From contig CAXXFK010000027.1 in assembly GCA_963663965.2 (NCBI GenBank), positions 1 to 64,000 on the forward strand: 64,000 nucleotides of DNA, given 5' to 3'. The notes beneath the pieces were generated by a model. That model saw only the letters and a program-made list of their open reading frames with translations. It did not search any database and had not been told where the DNA came from. Shown here piece after piece: positions 48,096-58,524 of the stretch. A program made the position numbers and the translations under genes. Position 1 is the first letter of the stretch; each line of letters begins with the position of its first letter. This stretch comes from Sedimentisphaerales bacterium. Lineage in GTDB: Bacteria; Planctomycetota; Phycisphaerae; Sedimentisphaerales; SM23-30.

Positions 48096-50360
48096 ATGAA
48101 ACGTGTTAGTCGCATCCGTCTTCTCGTCGCCGTATTGATTATCGTATCCTGTTGCCTGCATCCGGTATGGGCTCAGGTCAGTCCGGCGGAAGAATTGATG
48201 GCCGGCCTGCCTGAAGATACTTTGGCCGCCATTGCGACCAGTGGTGGACACGCCCTGCAGGCGCCATTTGAACAAAGTTACCTGGGAAAATTCTGTACCG
48301 ATCCCGGTATCAAAGCCTTTAAACAAAACCTGTTTAATTCGGCCAAATCCTTCATTCTTAAACAAGCCGCTCAGGATGAACCGCAAGCCATCGAAATGAA
48401 AATCAGCCAGGGCCAGGCGATCCTGAAAAAAATACTGGAATATCCGATAGCGATTGGTTGCGGGCAAAACCCTGCCAATGAGACCCTTCCCGTCTATCTT
48501 TATGCTATCTTTGAAACCGCTCACGATCCGGCAGGCTTTCAAGACATGCTGAATCGTCTTTATGGACTGGTTGGCCTGAACGAACAGGCGCTGACGGAAT
48601 TAACCACTCAAATGGAGATCGGCGGCAATGCCTTTACTGTTTTTGTCAAAGATGAAAATGACAATTTTCCCGGACGATTGAGTTATGGCAAAATAGGCAG
48701 CCGGTTTATGATTGCCCTGGAACCGGAACCGGGCTTTGTCGCCACCAAACTCAGCGGCATAACCGGCCAGCCATTAAAGAAAAAACTCTCGGTTTGTAAA
48801 GGGGACAACGATCTCTGTATGGTCTATCTGAATACCGCGGATATCCGTAATTTTATCTACACCCTGGTGGAAAAAGAAGCCAAACCCGGAGATTTCAGCA
48901 AACTGAAACAAATTGTGTCCATGCTCGGTCTGGACCAGACGGGCGACATGGTCAGCCGAAGCGGTTTCAGCGGCAAAAGTCTGGTCAGTGATTCCAGCTT
49001 TGAAATCCGCATGACTGGAACGGGCCTGACCGGTCTGCTAAAGCCTGTTGATGACAGCCTGTTAAATTATATTGATGAAAAGGTAATGGATGTCAGCCTG
49101 ATCAATATCGATCTGGCTCATCTTTATCGCACGGCCGATCAAATCATAAAAACGGTTGCCAGTGAAGCCGACTATCAGGAGTTTCGAAATGGCCTGGCAG
49201 AAATCGAAACCCTGACCGGGATCAATGTCGAAGCCTTTCTTAAATCAGTATCCGGTCCCATGATGGTAAGTTCTTATAGTATTGGATCGATCCCGGAGGC
49301 ATTCAGTGGTGGGATTGCCGCCGTGATTCAATTAAACGATCCGGTCACTTTTGAAAAAACCATGAATACCCTGGGCAAGCTCATCCAGACGAAAGTCGCG
49401 GAAGAAAACCAGCAGATGACCTTCTTGATGATCCAGGACCAGGAAATTAACGGTCACGTTTACCACAACTGGACCATTCCACCCTTAGCCATGGCCCAGG
49501 TCATGCCCTGCTGGACCATTGTCAAGAACCGCATGGTCCTGGCGAGCAACGCCGCGCTCTGTCAGATTACTGCCGAACAAATCTCCGGTGATCGCGCGGT
49601 TGAAAAGCCACTAGTGCAATCATCTAAATTCAAAAATGCCACGGGCAAATTGCCGGCCAACCTGATCTCATTGAGTTATACCGACAGCCGGCAGATGATG
49701 CGGAATATGAAAGATGTCCTGCAAATGATACTCCCAATGGCCTCCATGGGACTCTCCAAAGAAGGGATCTCCATTCCGGCCGTCTTACCCGTCATTGATC
49801 ATTTAATTGTCGATTTTGAACCGATGGTCTCTTATAGCTGGATGGATGCCAATGGCGTTTATTCCCGCTCGCGCGGCCCGATCCCAGCCAGTGACGGCCC
49901 GGTCCTGATTGGCGGAACGGCCATGGGGATCGGCATTCTGATGCCGGCTTTGGGGCGTGCCCGCGAAACGGCAAAAACTGTCGTTTGCATGAATCAATTA
50001 AAACAAATTGGCATGGCCAGTTTCATTTATGCCAACGACCATCAAGGCAAATTTCCCCCTGATCTTAACGCGTTGGTTCGGGAAGCCGACCTGAGTCCCA
50101 AAGTGTTTATCTGTCCCGCCACGAAAGATGGTCCTGATGATTGCTCTTATGTCTACCGGGGCGCTGATCTGGATGATTCCAGTTCGGCAATGATGATACT
50201 CGCTTATGACCGGCAAGGCAACCATCGAGACGGAAACCGCAATGTCCTGTTTGCCGATGGCCATGTACAGAAAATGACCGAAGCGGCATTTATTCAGGCG
50301 GTCAATGAAGATAATGAAATTCGAAAAAACAAAAATCTGGCCGAAAAACCGGCAGATTAA
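48096..50360 (+). CDS. Secreted protein fused to a C-terminal pilin-like H-X9-DG module
   Basis: Signal peptide; C-terminal [42 protein letters not shown]. Confidence 0.8.
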   Translation: MKRVSRIRLLVAVLIIVSCCLHPVWAQVSPAEELMAGLPEDTLAAIATSGGHALQAPFEQSYLGKFCTDPGIKAFKQNLFNSAKSFILKQAAQDEPQAIEMKISQGQAILKKILEYPIAIGCGQNPANETLPVYLYAIFETAHDPAGFQDMLNRLYGLVGLNEQALTELTTQMEIGGNAFTVFVKDENDNFPGRLSYGKIGSRFMIALEPEPGFVATKLSGITGQPLKKKLSVCKGDNDLCMVYLNTADIRNFIYTLVEKEAKPGDFSKLKQIVSMLGLDQTGDMVSRSGFSGKSLVSDSSFEIRMTGTGLTGLLKPVDDSLLNYIDEKVMDVSLINIDLAHLYRTADQIIKTVASEADYQEFRNGLAEIETLTGINVEAFLKSVSGPMMVSSYSIGSIPEAFSGGIAAVIQLNDPVTFEKTMNTLGKLIQTKVAEENQQMTFLMIQDQEINGHVYHNWTIPPLAMAQVMPCWTIVKNRMVLASNAALCQITAEQISGDRAVEKPLVQSSKFKNATGKLPANLISLSYTDSRQMMRNMKDVLQMILPMASMGLSKEGISIPAVLPVIDHLIVDFEPMVSYSWMDANGVYSRSRGPIPASDGPVLIGGTAMGIGILMPALGRARETAKTVVCMNQLKQIGMASFIYANDHQGKFPPDLNALVREADLSPKVFICPATKDGPDDCSYVYRGADLDDSSSAMMILAYDRQGNHRDGNRNVLFADGHVQKMTEAAFIQAVNEDNEIRKNKNLAEKPAD

Positions 50361-50384
50361 GCTCTTTTTTCTTTTTTTATCCAG

Positions 50385-50414
50385 AACCGCATGGGTGGAC
50401 TATGCGGTTTTTTT
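50385..50414 (+). terminator. Putative intrinsic terminator
   Basis: AACCGCAT...ATGCGGTT followed by a T-run. Confidence 0.6.
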
Positions 50415-50617
50415 ATGGCCTGAAGTGATTAGCCATTTCATGCGAACCCATGAATCCGGACAAGGGGTATTCATCTGCCGACAGGAACCCTGATGAGCCA
50501 GTAACCGTTAAAATCGAGTTGATCAAATCTCTGAAACTGACCTATTGACAAGCATGATACCGGATGGATATGATTTCTGCCTTGTTTGACAATAATCTAT
50601 TTTTAAGGATCACTTGT

Positions 50618-51103
50618 ATGCTGTCGTATTGTCTGAAATGTGCGGCACAGAATCGATCCTGCTGCCAGCATGTCCATGTTTATATCACCCAGCACGATAT
50701 CGATCGTATTAATCAGTGGGGTGAAACCGGTTGTTTTTCTACCCTGATGTCATTATCCGGTGACTATGCGGATGACAGCGATGATCCGGGTTGGAACCGT
50801 TTAACCACCAACCAGTCCGGTCAGCGCCGGGTCATCTGCCAGCAATCCAATGGCGATTGCTATTTTCTCACCCCTGTCGGCTGTCGATTACCCTCTGCGA
50901 TCAGACCGCTGCTGTGCCGGATATATCCTTATTCCTTCCGGGCAGGCCAGCTATGTGGTATCAGTTTGGATTGTCCGGTATCCTTGCAGCCAGACTGGCA
51001 GCAACTATTGGAACTCACTGAAATGAAAAGAGAAAACGCCATTCAATGGCTTGCTCAACTTTATCAGGAGATTTATGATCAAAACCGGATGTTGCCGGTT
51101 TAA
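50618..51103 (+). CDS. YkgJ-family cysteine-cluster (Zn/Fe-chelating) protein
   Basis: CxxC..CC, CYFL...GC..RPLLCRIYP. Confidence 0.8.
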   Translation: MLSYCLKCAAQNRSCCQHVHVYITQHDIDRINQWGETGCFSTLMSLSGDYADDSDDPGWNRLTTNQSGQRRVICQQSNGDCYFLTPVGCRLPSAIRPLLCRIYPYSFRAGQLCGISLDCPVSLQPDWQQLLELTEMKRENAIQWLAQLYQEIYDQNRMLPV

Positions 51104-51193
51104 CAGATCCACTGCGCAATTTTCCTTTAAAAAACCGGTAATACCGCTATAATGATGTACTTTGAATATTTTCACCCATAGTCATGATTTAAC

Positions 51194-52105
51194 TTGAGGT
51201 ATTACAACGAGTTGAGTAAGAAGAAACTGCCAGAGCCATCCCAGACCGGTAACCCGCCGGAAGAGACAGATCAAAACCTTGATGCCACCGAAGGGCCTGA
51301 CCGCTGTACCGATATGGAGGAAAAGGTTGAAGATCTGAATGATTCTCAATCCCCTGATCTGGAAACATCCACTGGCCCGGAATCCAGCGATGATCAAAAT
51401 AATCAGCCCGTCTCACAGGAGAATCATCCGCTTGAGATTACCATTCAATCGGTCATAGAAGCGGTTTTATTTGCCACTGATGAACCTGTTACCCCCCATA
51501 AACTGGCCGAAATTGTGGGAGCGGGCGGTATTCGTGATGTCAAAGACTGCATTAAGGAACTCAATAAGAAATATGAAACGATTGGCTCCGCTTTTCGAAT
51601 TGAACATATAGCCAATGGTTATCAAATGCTGACATTAAAAGAGTTCAATCCCTGGTTGAGCAAATTGATTAAAGTCCGCAGTGAAAGTAAATTGACCCCG
51701 GCAGCCTTGGAAACCCTGGCAATTATCGCCTATAAACAACCCATTATGCGGGCTGAAATCGAAAATATCCGTGGGGTAGCCGCAGGTGAAATGGTTCGTC
51801 AACTGATTGATAAAGGGCTCGTTAAAATTACCGGTCGAGCCGAAGAATTGGGCCGCCCTCTCCTTTACGGCACAACTAAAAAATTTCTTGAGATTTTCGG
51901 ATTGGGTTCGCTTAAAGACCTGCCTAATCCAGACGATTTTAAACAGGCGCGCAAGGAATTGAAAAAGGATCAAGAGACTGACACCGAGTTTTCCGATAAA
52001 TCAGATAATGCTGATGAGGACAAACCAACCGATATCCGGCCGCGCAATGCAGAGGATCAGACTCAATCAATCGCCCCTGTCGAAAGCAATCATCCTGAAG
52101 AATAA
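51194..52105 (+). CDS. scpB: SMC-Scp complex subunit ScpB
   Basis: IEAVLFA, LTPAALETLAIIAYKQPIMRAEIENIRGV and GRPLLYGTT..FL..FGL.SL.DLP. Both termini are acidic and low-complexity; the start is uncertain. Confidence 0.93.
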   Translation: MRYYNELSKKKLPEPSQTGNPPEETDQNLDATEGPDRCTDMEEKVEDLNDSQSPDLETSTGPESSDDQNNQPVSQENHPLEITIQSVIEAVLFATDEPVTPHKLAEIVGAGGIRDVKDCIKELNKKYETIGSAFRIEHIANGYQMLTLKEFNPWLSKLIKVRSESKLTPAALETLAIIAYKQPIMRAEIENIRGVAAGEMVRQLIDKGLVKITGRAEELGRPLLYGTTKKFLEIFGLGSLKDLPNPDDFKQARKELKKDQETDTEFSDKSDNADEDKPTDIRPRNAEDQTQSIAPVESNHPEE

Positions 52106-52148
52106 GCCGCCTGGTTATTATAAGTGTATTATATTGGAGTGGTTATAT

Positions 52149-53234
52149 ATGTCTAAACAAACCTGCCCCCTGCCGGGCACGCTCGGAAAACTCAGTCAAA
52201 CACTGTTCGTAACGCTATCCTTTAGTCTGATTTTGGTTCTCTTATCCGGTTGTACCCACCCTTTACTGACAAACCCGTCTGCTCCGGATACCGTGTTGAA
52301 TGTCCAGCTTCAGGTTCGCGTTCAGCAGGTTATCACATCAGCAATCACCCTTGACGATCCGGTATTACGATGCCATTGTCTGGAAACACTCGGCGCCTGG
52401 AACGAAATTGACACCCATCCCCTTATCCGGCGATACCTGACGGATACTGTTCCGGCGGTGCGCTATAGCGCGGCGATTGCCTGTGGCGATGTCCGTGACT
52501 ATACTGCCCGCCCGATTCTCACCAATTTATTACAGGATGAAAATATCTCAGTCAAACTGGCCGCCGGTTATGCCCTGGAAAAAATGGGGGACGACCGGTT
52601 CGGCGCCTGGTTTGACAGCGTTTTATTTGGCAGCGATGAACAGTTTGCCTGCCAGGCCTGTCTGCTGCTAGGGAAACTGGGCAATACCAAATCCCGAATG
52701 AACAGTCAGGCAAAACTCTGGGAATTACTGAAGAAAAAAAACCTGATCGCCCCGGTTCGCTTGCAGACGGCTGAAGCGCTGGCCATGTTAAAGGATGAAA
52801 AAGTCATCGAAAATCTTCTGGCTTACGCGAGTAGTGGTTATGCCGATGATCGGATGATTGCCATATCTGGATTGTCTCATCTGCGCCATATGCCCGAGGC
52901 TTACGCCATGTTAACCGTTCTGGCGGAAGACACGCAAATCGAAGTCCAGCTGGCGGCGATACGGGCGCTCGGCAATACCGCCACCGAAAAGGACATCCAA
53001 ACCGTTTTAAGCGGGTTGGAATACATCAGCGCCGACAATGATCCGGCTTCCACGTTACGTGTGCGCGGTCTGGCTTTACTGGCGCTGGGCAGTCTCAATC
53101 GTAACGAAGACAGCGGCCGGTTGTATCAGGCGATGCTGGCCAATGATTCTTATCTACGCGTCATCGCGGCGCGCGCTACGGTTGACTATCTTATAAATAT
53201 CAACAAACCCGCATTTATTCCCCCCACCCCCTGA
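52149..53234 (+). CDS. HEAT-repeat lipoprotein
   Basis: Lipobox LLSGC; repeated VRxxAAxALG-type helices. Confidence 0.8.
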   Translation: MSKQTCPLPGTLGKLSQTLFVTLSFSLILVLLSGCTHPLLTNPSAPDTVLNVQLQVRVQQVITSAITLDDPVLRCHCLETLGAWNEIDTHPLIRRYLTDTVPAVRYSAAIACGDVRDYTARPILTNLLQDENISVKLAAGYALEKMGDDRFGAWFDSVLFGSDEQFACQACLLLGKLGNTKSRMNSQAKLWELLKKKNLIAPVRLQTAEALAMLKDEKVIENLLAYASSGYADDRMIAISGLSHLRHMPEAYAMLTVLAEDTQIEVQLAAIRALGNTATEKDIQTVLSGLEYISADNDPASTLRVRGLALLALGSLNRNEDSGRLYQAMLANDSYLRVIAARATVDYLININKPAFIPPTP

Positions 53235-53245
53235 CATTTAAATCA

Positions 53246-54286
53246 ATGTACTCTAAACTGATTCTATATGTTGCCCTGGCGCTTTCGATCTCGTTTCTGT
53301 GTTCCCTGCTGGAATCGATCATTCTGAGTGTCAGCCATGCCTTTGTGATGGCAAAAATCAAAAAACACCCCCATGCCGGTAAAATCCTTAAAAAACACAA
53401 GGATCACATCGACCGCCCGCTATCAGCCATTCTGACGATGAACACAATCGCCAACACACTGGGGGCTGCCGGAGTGGGCGCGGAAGTGAACCATCTCTGG
53501 GGCAACCAGGCGTTTGCTATCGCATCTATTATTTTAACCGTTGCCATTCTGGTTTTTTCTGAAGTCATTCCCAAAACCATTGGAGCGGTTTACTGGAAGC
53601 GTCTGGCATTACCGGCTGGCTATGTCATCCAGTTCATGGTATCAATTCTGGGCATACCTGTAGCTTTATTAGAAGCGATCTCTCGATTGATATCCAGGAA
53701 CAGAAGCCGTATCTATTTTTCTAGAGAAGAGATGATGGCAGCGGCCGAACTGGGTGAAGACCAGGGCACCCTGCATATGAATGAAACGAGAATTATTCAT
53801 AATATTCTGTGTTTACGCAATATACGCGTCAAAGATATTCTGACTCCCCGTTCTGTTTTACTGGCGTTTCAAAAAGACAAAACGATTATGGAAATCGTGA
53901 AATTCAACAGCCCCATTCGTTTCAGCCGTATTCCGGTTTATGGCAAGAATCTTGATGACATCACCGGGCTGGTGCATCGCTATAAAATATTGCAGGCGTA
54001 TTATGAAGGGCGTGGCAACCATTCTGTTGCGACACTGGCGCGCGATATCCACGCTATTCCCGACACAAAATCTGTCGCAGACACTCTGGATGAATTTATC
54101 AAACGCCGGGACCATATGTTCCTGGTTATCGATGAATATGGCGGTACTGCCGGCATTATTACACTTGAAGATGCCATTGAAACCCTGCTGGGAGTTGAAA
54201 TCGTCGATGAATTCGATACAGTTGAAGATATGAGAAAATACGCATTGACCCAATGGCAAATACGGCAAAAACAGCGTCGTGAATAA
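53246..54286 (+). CDS. CNNM/DUF21-CBS domain membrane protein (hemolysin/CorC-like)
   Basis: SFLCSLLES, SEVIPKTIG, TPR, FSRIPVY and VIDEYGGTAGIITLED. Confidence 0.9.
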   Translation: MYSKLILYVALALSISFLCSLLESIILSVSHAFVMAKIKKHPHAGKILKKHKDHIDRPLSAILTMNTIANTLGAAGVGAEVNHLWGNQAFAIASIILTVAILVFSEVIPKTIGAVYWKRLALPAGYVIQFMVSILGIPVALLEAISRLISRNRSRIYFSREEMMAAAELGEDQGTLHMNETRIIHNILCLRNIRVKDILTPRSVLLAFQKDKTIMEIVKFNSPIRFSRIPVYGKNLDDITGLVHRYKILQAYYEGRGNHSVATLARDIHAIPDTKSVADTLDEFIKRRDHMFLVIDEYGGTAGIITLEDAIETLLGVEIVDEFDTVEDMRKYALTQWQIRQKQRRE

Positions 54287-54367
54287 TCCACCCCCTTACC
54301 CCCGCCCCCTTGCACTAAGCAGTATTCCAAAAAAGCATTAAATCTCATATTGGGACACCCAGTTCTC

Positions 54368-54826
54368 TGTGGATAAAATGTGGATAACTTATTCCGACAT
54401 TGTGGAATATTGATATTTATTAAAGTTTTTTAAAATCTCACATATCAATAACACGCCGCTAACATTCATAAACTCAATATTTAAATACAGTTAAGACTTC
54501 TTTGCTGATAATTTTCGTTTATCGGACGGATATTTTACTCCGATAATTGTGGAAATTTGGATAAGGGAAAAGATATCAAGATTCAGGAAAAATGGAAAAA
54601 GGATTGTGGATAACTTCTGAATAAGTCACCTTGGATGGCCCTGTTAAGGTCTGTCCAGAACAGGCCGGTCTTTAATAATTAACGATTAACCTCTCAAAAC
54701 GCCACTTTTTTTTTGAGCAAACCTCAATTTATGACTATGATGTTTCTAAAGAAAATGTATTGCATCTACTACAGGTATTATAATTAACAATAACCGTAAC
54801 GGATACTGCTGGTTATTTGAGGATAA
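54368..54826. promoter_or_regulatory. DnaA-box cluster; candidate oriC or DnaA-regulatory locus
   Basis: Perfect TGTGGATAA at 54368, 54379 and 54605. Degenerate boxes at 54401, 54548, 54556, 54616 and 54818. All lie in a ~550-bp AT-rich intergenic region. Confidence 0.7.
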
Positions 54827-54839
54827 ATAAAGATTAGAT

Positions 54840-57800
54840 ATGAGTCAAAAAGGATTTACTCATCTTCATGTCCATAGCGAATACAGTTTGCTGGACGGCG
54901 CGGCATCGGTCAAAAAATTAGTCAAACAATGCCAGAGCCTGGGCATGGAATCGCTGGCCCTGACCGATCATGGCAATATGTACGGCGCCACGGCCTTTTA
55001 CAGCGCCGCCAAGAACGCCGGGATCAAACCCCTGATTGGCATGGAGGCATATATTGCCCCCGGTTCACGATTCGATAAGGATTCCAAAGGCATTTCCGAA
55101 GCTGCGTATCACCTGCTGCTGGTGGCGAAAGACCTGCAAGGCTATCAGAACCTGATCAAGCTGTCGACCCAGGGATATACCGAAGGCTTTTATTACCGGC
55201 CGCGTATCGATTTCGATTTATTAACCGAGTATAAAGAAGGATTGATCTGTACCACCGCCTGTCTGGGCGGAGAAATCCCCTCGCTGTTATCCAATGGCCA
55301 GTTCGAACTGGCTGAAGAGATCGCCAAAAAGTATCTGCAACTCTTCGGCGACGAGAACTTCTTTATCGAACTGCAATGGCACTGCGATGACCAGAATGCC
55401 ATTACTCCCCTGCTGGCGGACCTGGCGAAAAAAGTGGGCGCGCCCATGGTCGCCACCAACGATGTCCATTTTCTGGAAGCCGCCGATTATCGCGCGCACG
55501 CGGTCCTGACCTGTATCAGCACCGGCAAGACTATTGAAGATGAAAAGCGGATGGTCTATCCGCCGGAACTGTACCTGAAAAGCCCTGAAGAAATGCGGAT
55601 CATGTTTCCTCAATGGCAGGAAGCCTGTGATAACACCACATGGATTGCCGAACGCTGCAATGTGGAAATCGACTTCAAAACCCGCCATGCCCCCACCTAT
55701 CATCCGCCCAAGGGCAAGACCGACGATGAGTATCTCGAAGAACTGTGCATGAAGGGTCTGAAAAAACGTTATGGCAAACTCACGCCCGAAGTCAAAGACC
55801 GCATCGAACACGAACTGAAAGTCATCAAGGCCAAGCACTTTTCCAGTTACTTTCTGATCGTCTGGGATTTTGTCAATTTCGCCAGGCAGAACGGTATCCC
55901 GGCCAATCCGCGCGGCAGCGGCGTCGGCACCCTGGTGGGTTACGCCCTGGAAATCTCCCACGTCGATCCGTTGCGTTATGGGCTGCTGTTCGAGCGGTTC
56001 ATGGACCCGGAACGTAACGAAATGCCCGATATCGATATCGACATCTGTCAGGATGGCCGGTCCCAGGTTATCGAATACGTCCAGAAGAAATACGGCCACG
56101 TCGCCCAGATTACCACGTTTGGAACCATGAAGGCCCGCGCGGTCATTCGCGATGTCTGCCGGGCCATGAATGTACCGCTGGCCGAGGCGGATAAACTGGC
56201 CAAACTGATTCCGGAGGATCTGGGGATCACCCTGGAAGAGGCGCTGGAAAAAGAACCGCGCCTGAAGGAATGGTACGATGGCGACTCCAAAGTGCATGAC
56301 GTGGTGGAAATCGCCAAGCGGCTCGAGGGCCTGACCCGGCATTGTTCGGTTCATGCCTGCGCCGTGGTGATTGCCGATGAACCGCTGACTAAATTCCTGC
56401 CCTTGTATGTCATGCCAGGCACCAGCGACCTGATTACCCAGTTTGACGGACCGCTGGTGGAAAAAGTGGGCCTGTTGAAAATGGATTTTCTGGGACTGCG
56501 TACGCTTTCGGTTATCGAACGCGCCCGGAAACTGGTCCGCGAAAACAAAGGCATCGACGTCAACCCCTATGAGGTTGATTTAAAAGATCCCAAAACCCTC
56601 GAACTGTTCTGTGCCGGCAGAACCCGCGGCGTATTCCAGTTTGAATCCGGTGGCATGCAGGAACTGCTCCAGAGCATGAAACCGGACCGGATCGAAGATC
56701 TGATCGCCGCCAACGCCCTGTACCGGCCCGGCCCGATGACCCTGATCCCTGACTACAACGCCCGCAAGCACGGCCAGCCCTGGTCCAGTCCTCACCCGAT
56801 CATGGAAGAGGTCCTGAAGGAAACCTACGGGATTATGATCTACCAGGAACAGGTGATGCAGATCCTGAACCAGCTGGGCGGCATGCCGCTGGCCCGCGCG
56901 TATAAACTGATTAAGGCGATCAGCAAGAAAAAAGAAGACATTATCAACGCTGAGTCGGGCAATTTTATCGATGGCTGTGTCGAAAAAGGCATCAAGCGCG
57001 CCAAGGCCGAAGAGTTGTTCGCCCTGATCCAGCGTTTTGCCGGTTATGGTTTCAACAAAAGCCATTCAACCCAATACGCCATTCTGGCGTTCCAGACGGC
57101 CTATTTCAAGGCCCACTACCCCACCGAATTCATGGCCGCCCTGCTGACCTATGAAATGGGTTCGATCGATAAAGTGGCCGAATACATCGAAGAGAGCCGC
57201 CAGCTGAATATCCAGGTTCTGCCGCCCGATGTCAACGAAAGCAATACCGACTTCACGGCCATCTATAAAAAGGCTCGGAAAGGCGCCGATCCGGAAACAA
57301 CAGAAACAGAACCATCCAGCAATGGTTTTAAAGCCAAAGGCGAAAGTATCCGGTTTGGACTGGCCGCGGTAAAAGGCGTGGGCACACGGGCCGTGGAAGA
57401 ATTGATCCGGGCGCGCGACGAAGCCGGGCGATTCGAAAACATTTATCACCTGTGCCAGTTTATCGACACCCGCGTGATTAACCGAGGCGCATTGGAAGCC
57501 CTGATCAAAGCCGGCGCCATGGACAGCCTGGGCGGCAGCCGGCCCCAACTGCTGGCAGCCCTGGATGACGCCATTACCGCCGGCAACAAAATCCAGCAGG
57601 ACCGGAGGATGGGCCAGATGAATCTGTTTGAAATCTTCGACTCAAATGCTGAGATCAAACAGGATGCCGTTAAAATGCCCAACGTGGCGCCCTGGCCCGA
57701 ATCGCTCATGCTGCAATACGAAAAAGATGTATTGGGCATGTACGTCACCTCGCACCCACTGGCTCAATATGCCGAACGGATCCACTATTACAGCACGGCC

Positions 57801-58475
57801 AATACCGGCAATCTCAGCGAAAAACCGGCCAATACCGAAGTGATCATCGGCGGCATTGTTTCACGGGTTCGCTACACCTTAACCAAAAAGGGCCGCGGCG
57901 CGGGCTCCCGCATGGCCATGATTACGATGGAAGATCTTAACGGTACTGTGGATGGCGTGGTATTCCCCGATACCCTGGCGCTATATGACCACCTGATCCA
58001 GCCGGACAAAATGGTTTTTCTACGCGGCATGATCGATACCCGCCGTGAAAATCCTTCCATCCGGATCAACGGCGTTTACGACATGACCCGGGCGGCGGAA
58101 GAACTCACCCATTCGGTCTATATCCAACTGACCGATGACCATATCCATAATCCGTTTCTCCACAAAATTAAGACCCTGATCACCACCCACCCGGGCCGCT
58201 GTCCGGTTTATGTCGGTGTCAGTACCGACCAGAATCTCCGTGTCATCATCCAGCTGAAAAACGGAGTCATGCCGGACAACGAATTCTGCCGCAAGCTGGA
58301 CAGCCTGGTCTCTCATGACAATTACCGACTGCTGCGACCCCATGACAAACTGAACGGCAATACTCTGCTGAAAAATGGAAACGGGAAAACAGACAAGTCA
58401 CAATCCGCAAATCCTGAACCACTCGAAGCGGATTCCCCGGAAACCGTATTGATGGCTGATGATACTATTCTGTAA
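54840..58475 (+). CDS. dnaE: DNA polymerase III alpha subunit
   Basis: PHP motifs HLHVHSEYSLLDG and TDHG; RGSG, PDIDID, LLKMDFLGL and FAGYGFNKSH; C-terminal OB fold. No intein seen. Confidence 0.98.
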   Translation: MSQKGFTHLHVHSEYSLLDGAASVKKLVKQCQSLGMESLALTDHGNMYGATAFYSAAKNAGIKPLIGMEAYIAPGSRFDKDSKGISEAAYHLLLVAKDLQGYQNLIKLSTQGYTEGFYYRPRIDFDLLTEYKEGLICTTACLGGEIPSLLSNGQFELAEEIAKKYLQLFGDENFFIELQWHCDDQNAITPLLADLAKKVGAPMVATNDVHFLEAADYRAHAVLTCISTGKTIEDEKRMVYPPELYLKSPEEMRIMFPQWQEACDNTTWIAERCNVEIDFKTRHAPTYHPPKGKTDDEYLEELCMKGLKKRYGKLTPEVKDRIEHELKVIKAKHFSSYFLIVWDFVNFARQNGIPANPRGSGVGTLVGYALEISHVDPLRYGLLFERFMDPERNEMPDIDIDICQDGRSQVIEYVQKKYGHVAQITTFGTMKARAVIRDVCRAMNVPLAEADKLAKLIPEDLGITLEEALEKEPRLKEWYDGDSKVHDVVEIAKRLEGLTRHCSVHACAVVIADEPLTKFLPLYVMPGTSDLITQFDGPLVEKVGLLKMDFLGLRTLSVIERARKLVRENKGIDVNPYEVDLKDPKTLELFCAGRTRGVFQFESGGMQELLQSMKPDRIEDLIAANALYRPGPMTLIPDYNARKHGQPWSSPHPIMEEVLKETYGIMIYQEQVMQILNQLGGMPLARAYKLIKAISKKKEDIINAESGNFIDGCVEKGIKRAKAEELFALIQRFAGYGFNKSHSTQYAILAFQTAYFKAHYPTEFMAALLTYEMGSIDKVAEYIEESRQLNIQVLPPDVNESNTDFTAIYKKARKGADPETTETEPSSNGFKAKGESIRFGLAAVKGVGTRAVEELIRARDEAGRFENIYHLCQFIDTRVINRGALEALIKAGAMDSLGGSRPQLLAALDDAITAGNKIQQDRRMGQMNLFEIFDSNAEIKQDAVKMPNVAPWPESLMLQYEKDVLGMYVTSHPLAQYAERIHYYSTANTGNLSEKPANTEVIIGGIVSRVRYTLTKKGRGAGSRMAMITMEDLNGTVDGVVFPDTLALYDHLIQPDKMVFLRGMIDTRRENPSIRINGVYDMTRAAEELTHSVYIQLTDDHIHNPFLHKIKTLITTHPGRCPVYVGVSTDQNLRVIIQLKNGVMPDNEFCRKLDSLVSHDNYRLLRPHDKLNGNTLLKNGNGKTDKSQSANPEPLEADSPETVLMADDTIL

Positions 58476-58524
58476 TTGAGGGCAATTCGCCCGGTAATAA
58501 CCACGTTTCAAGGAGTTTTAACCC

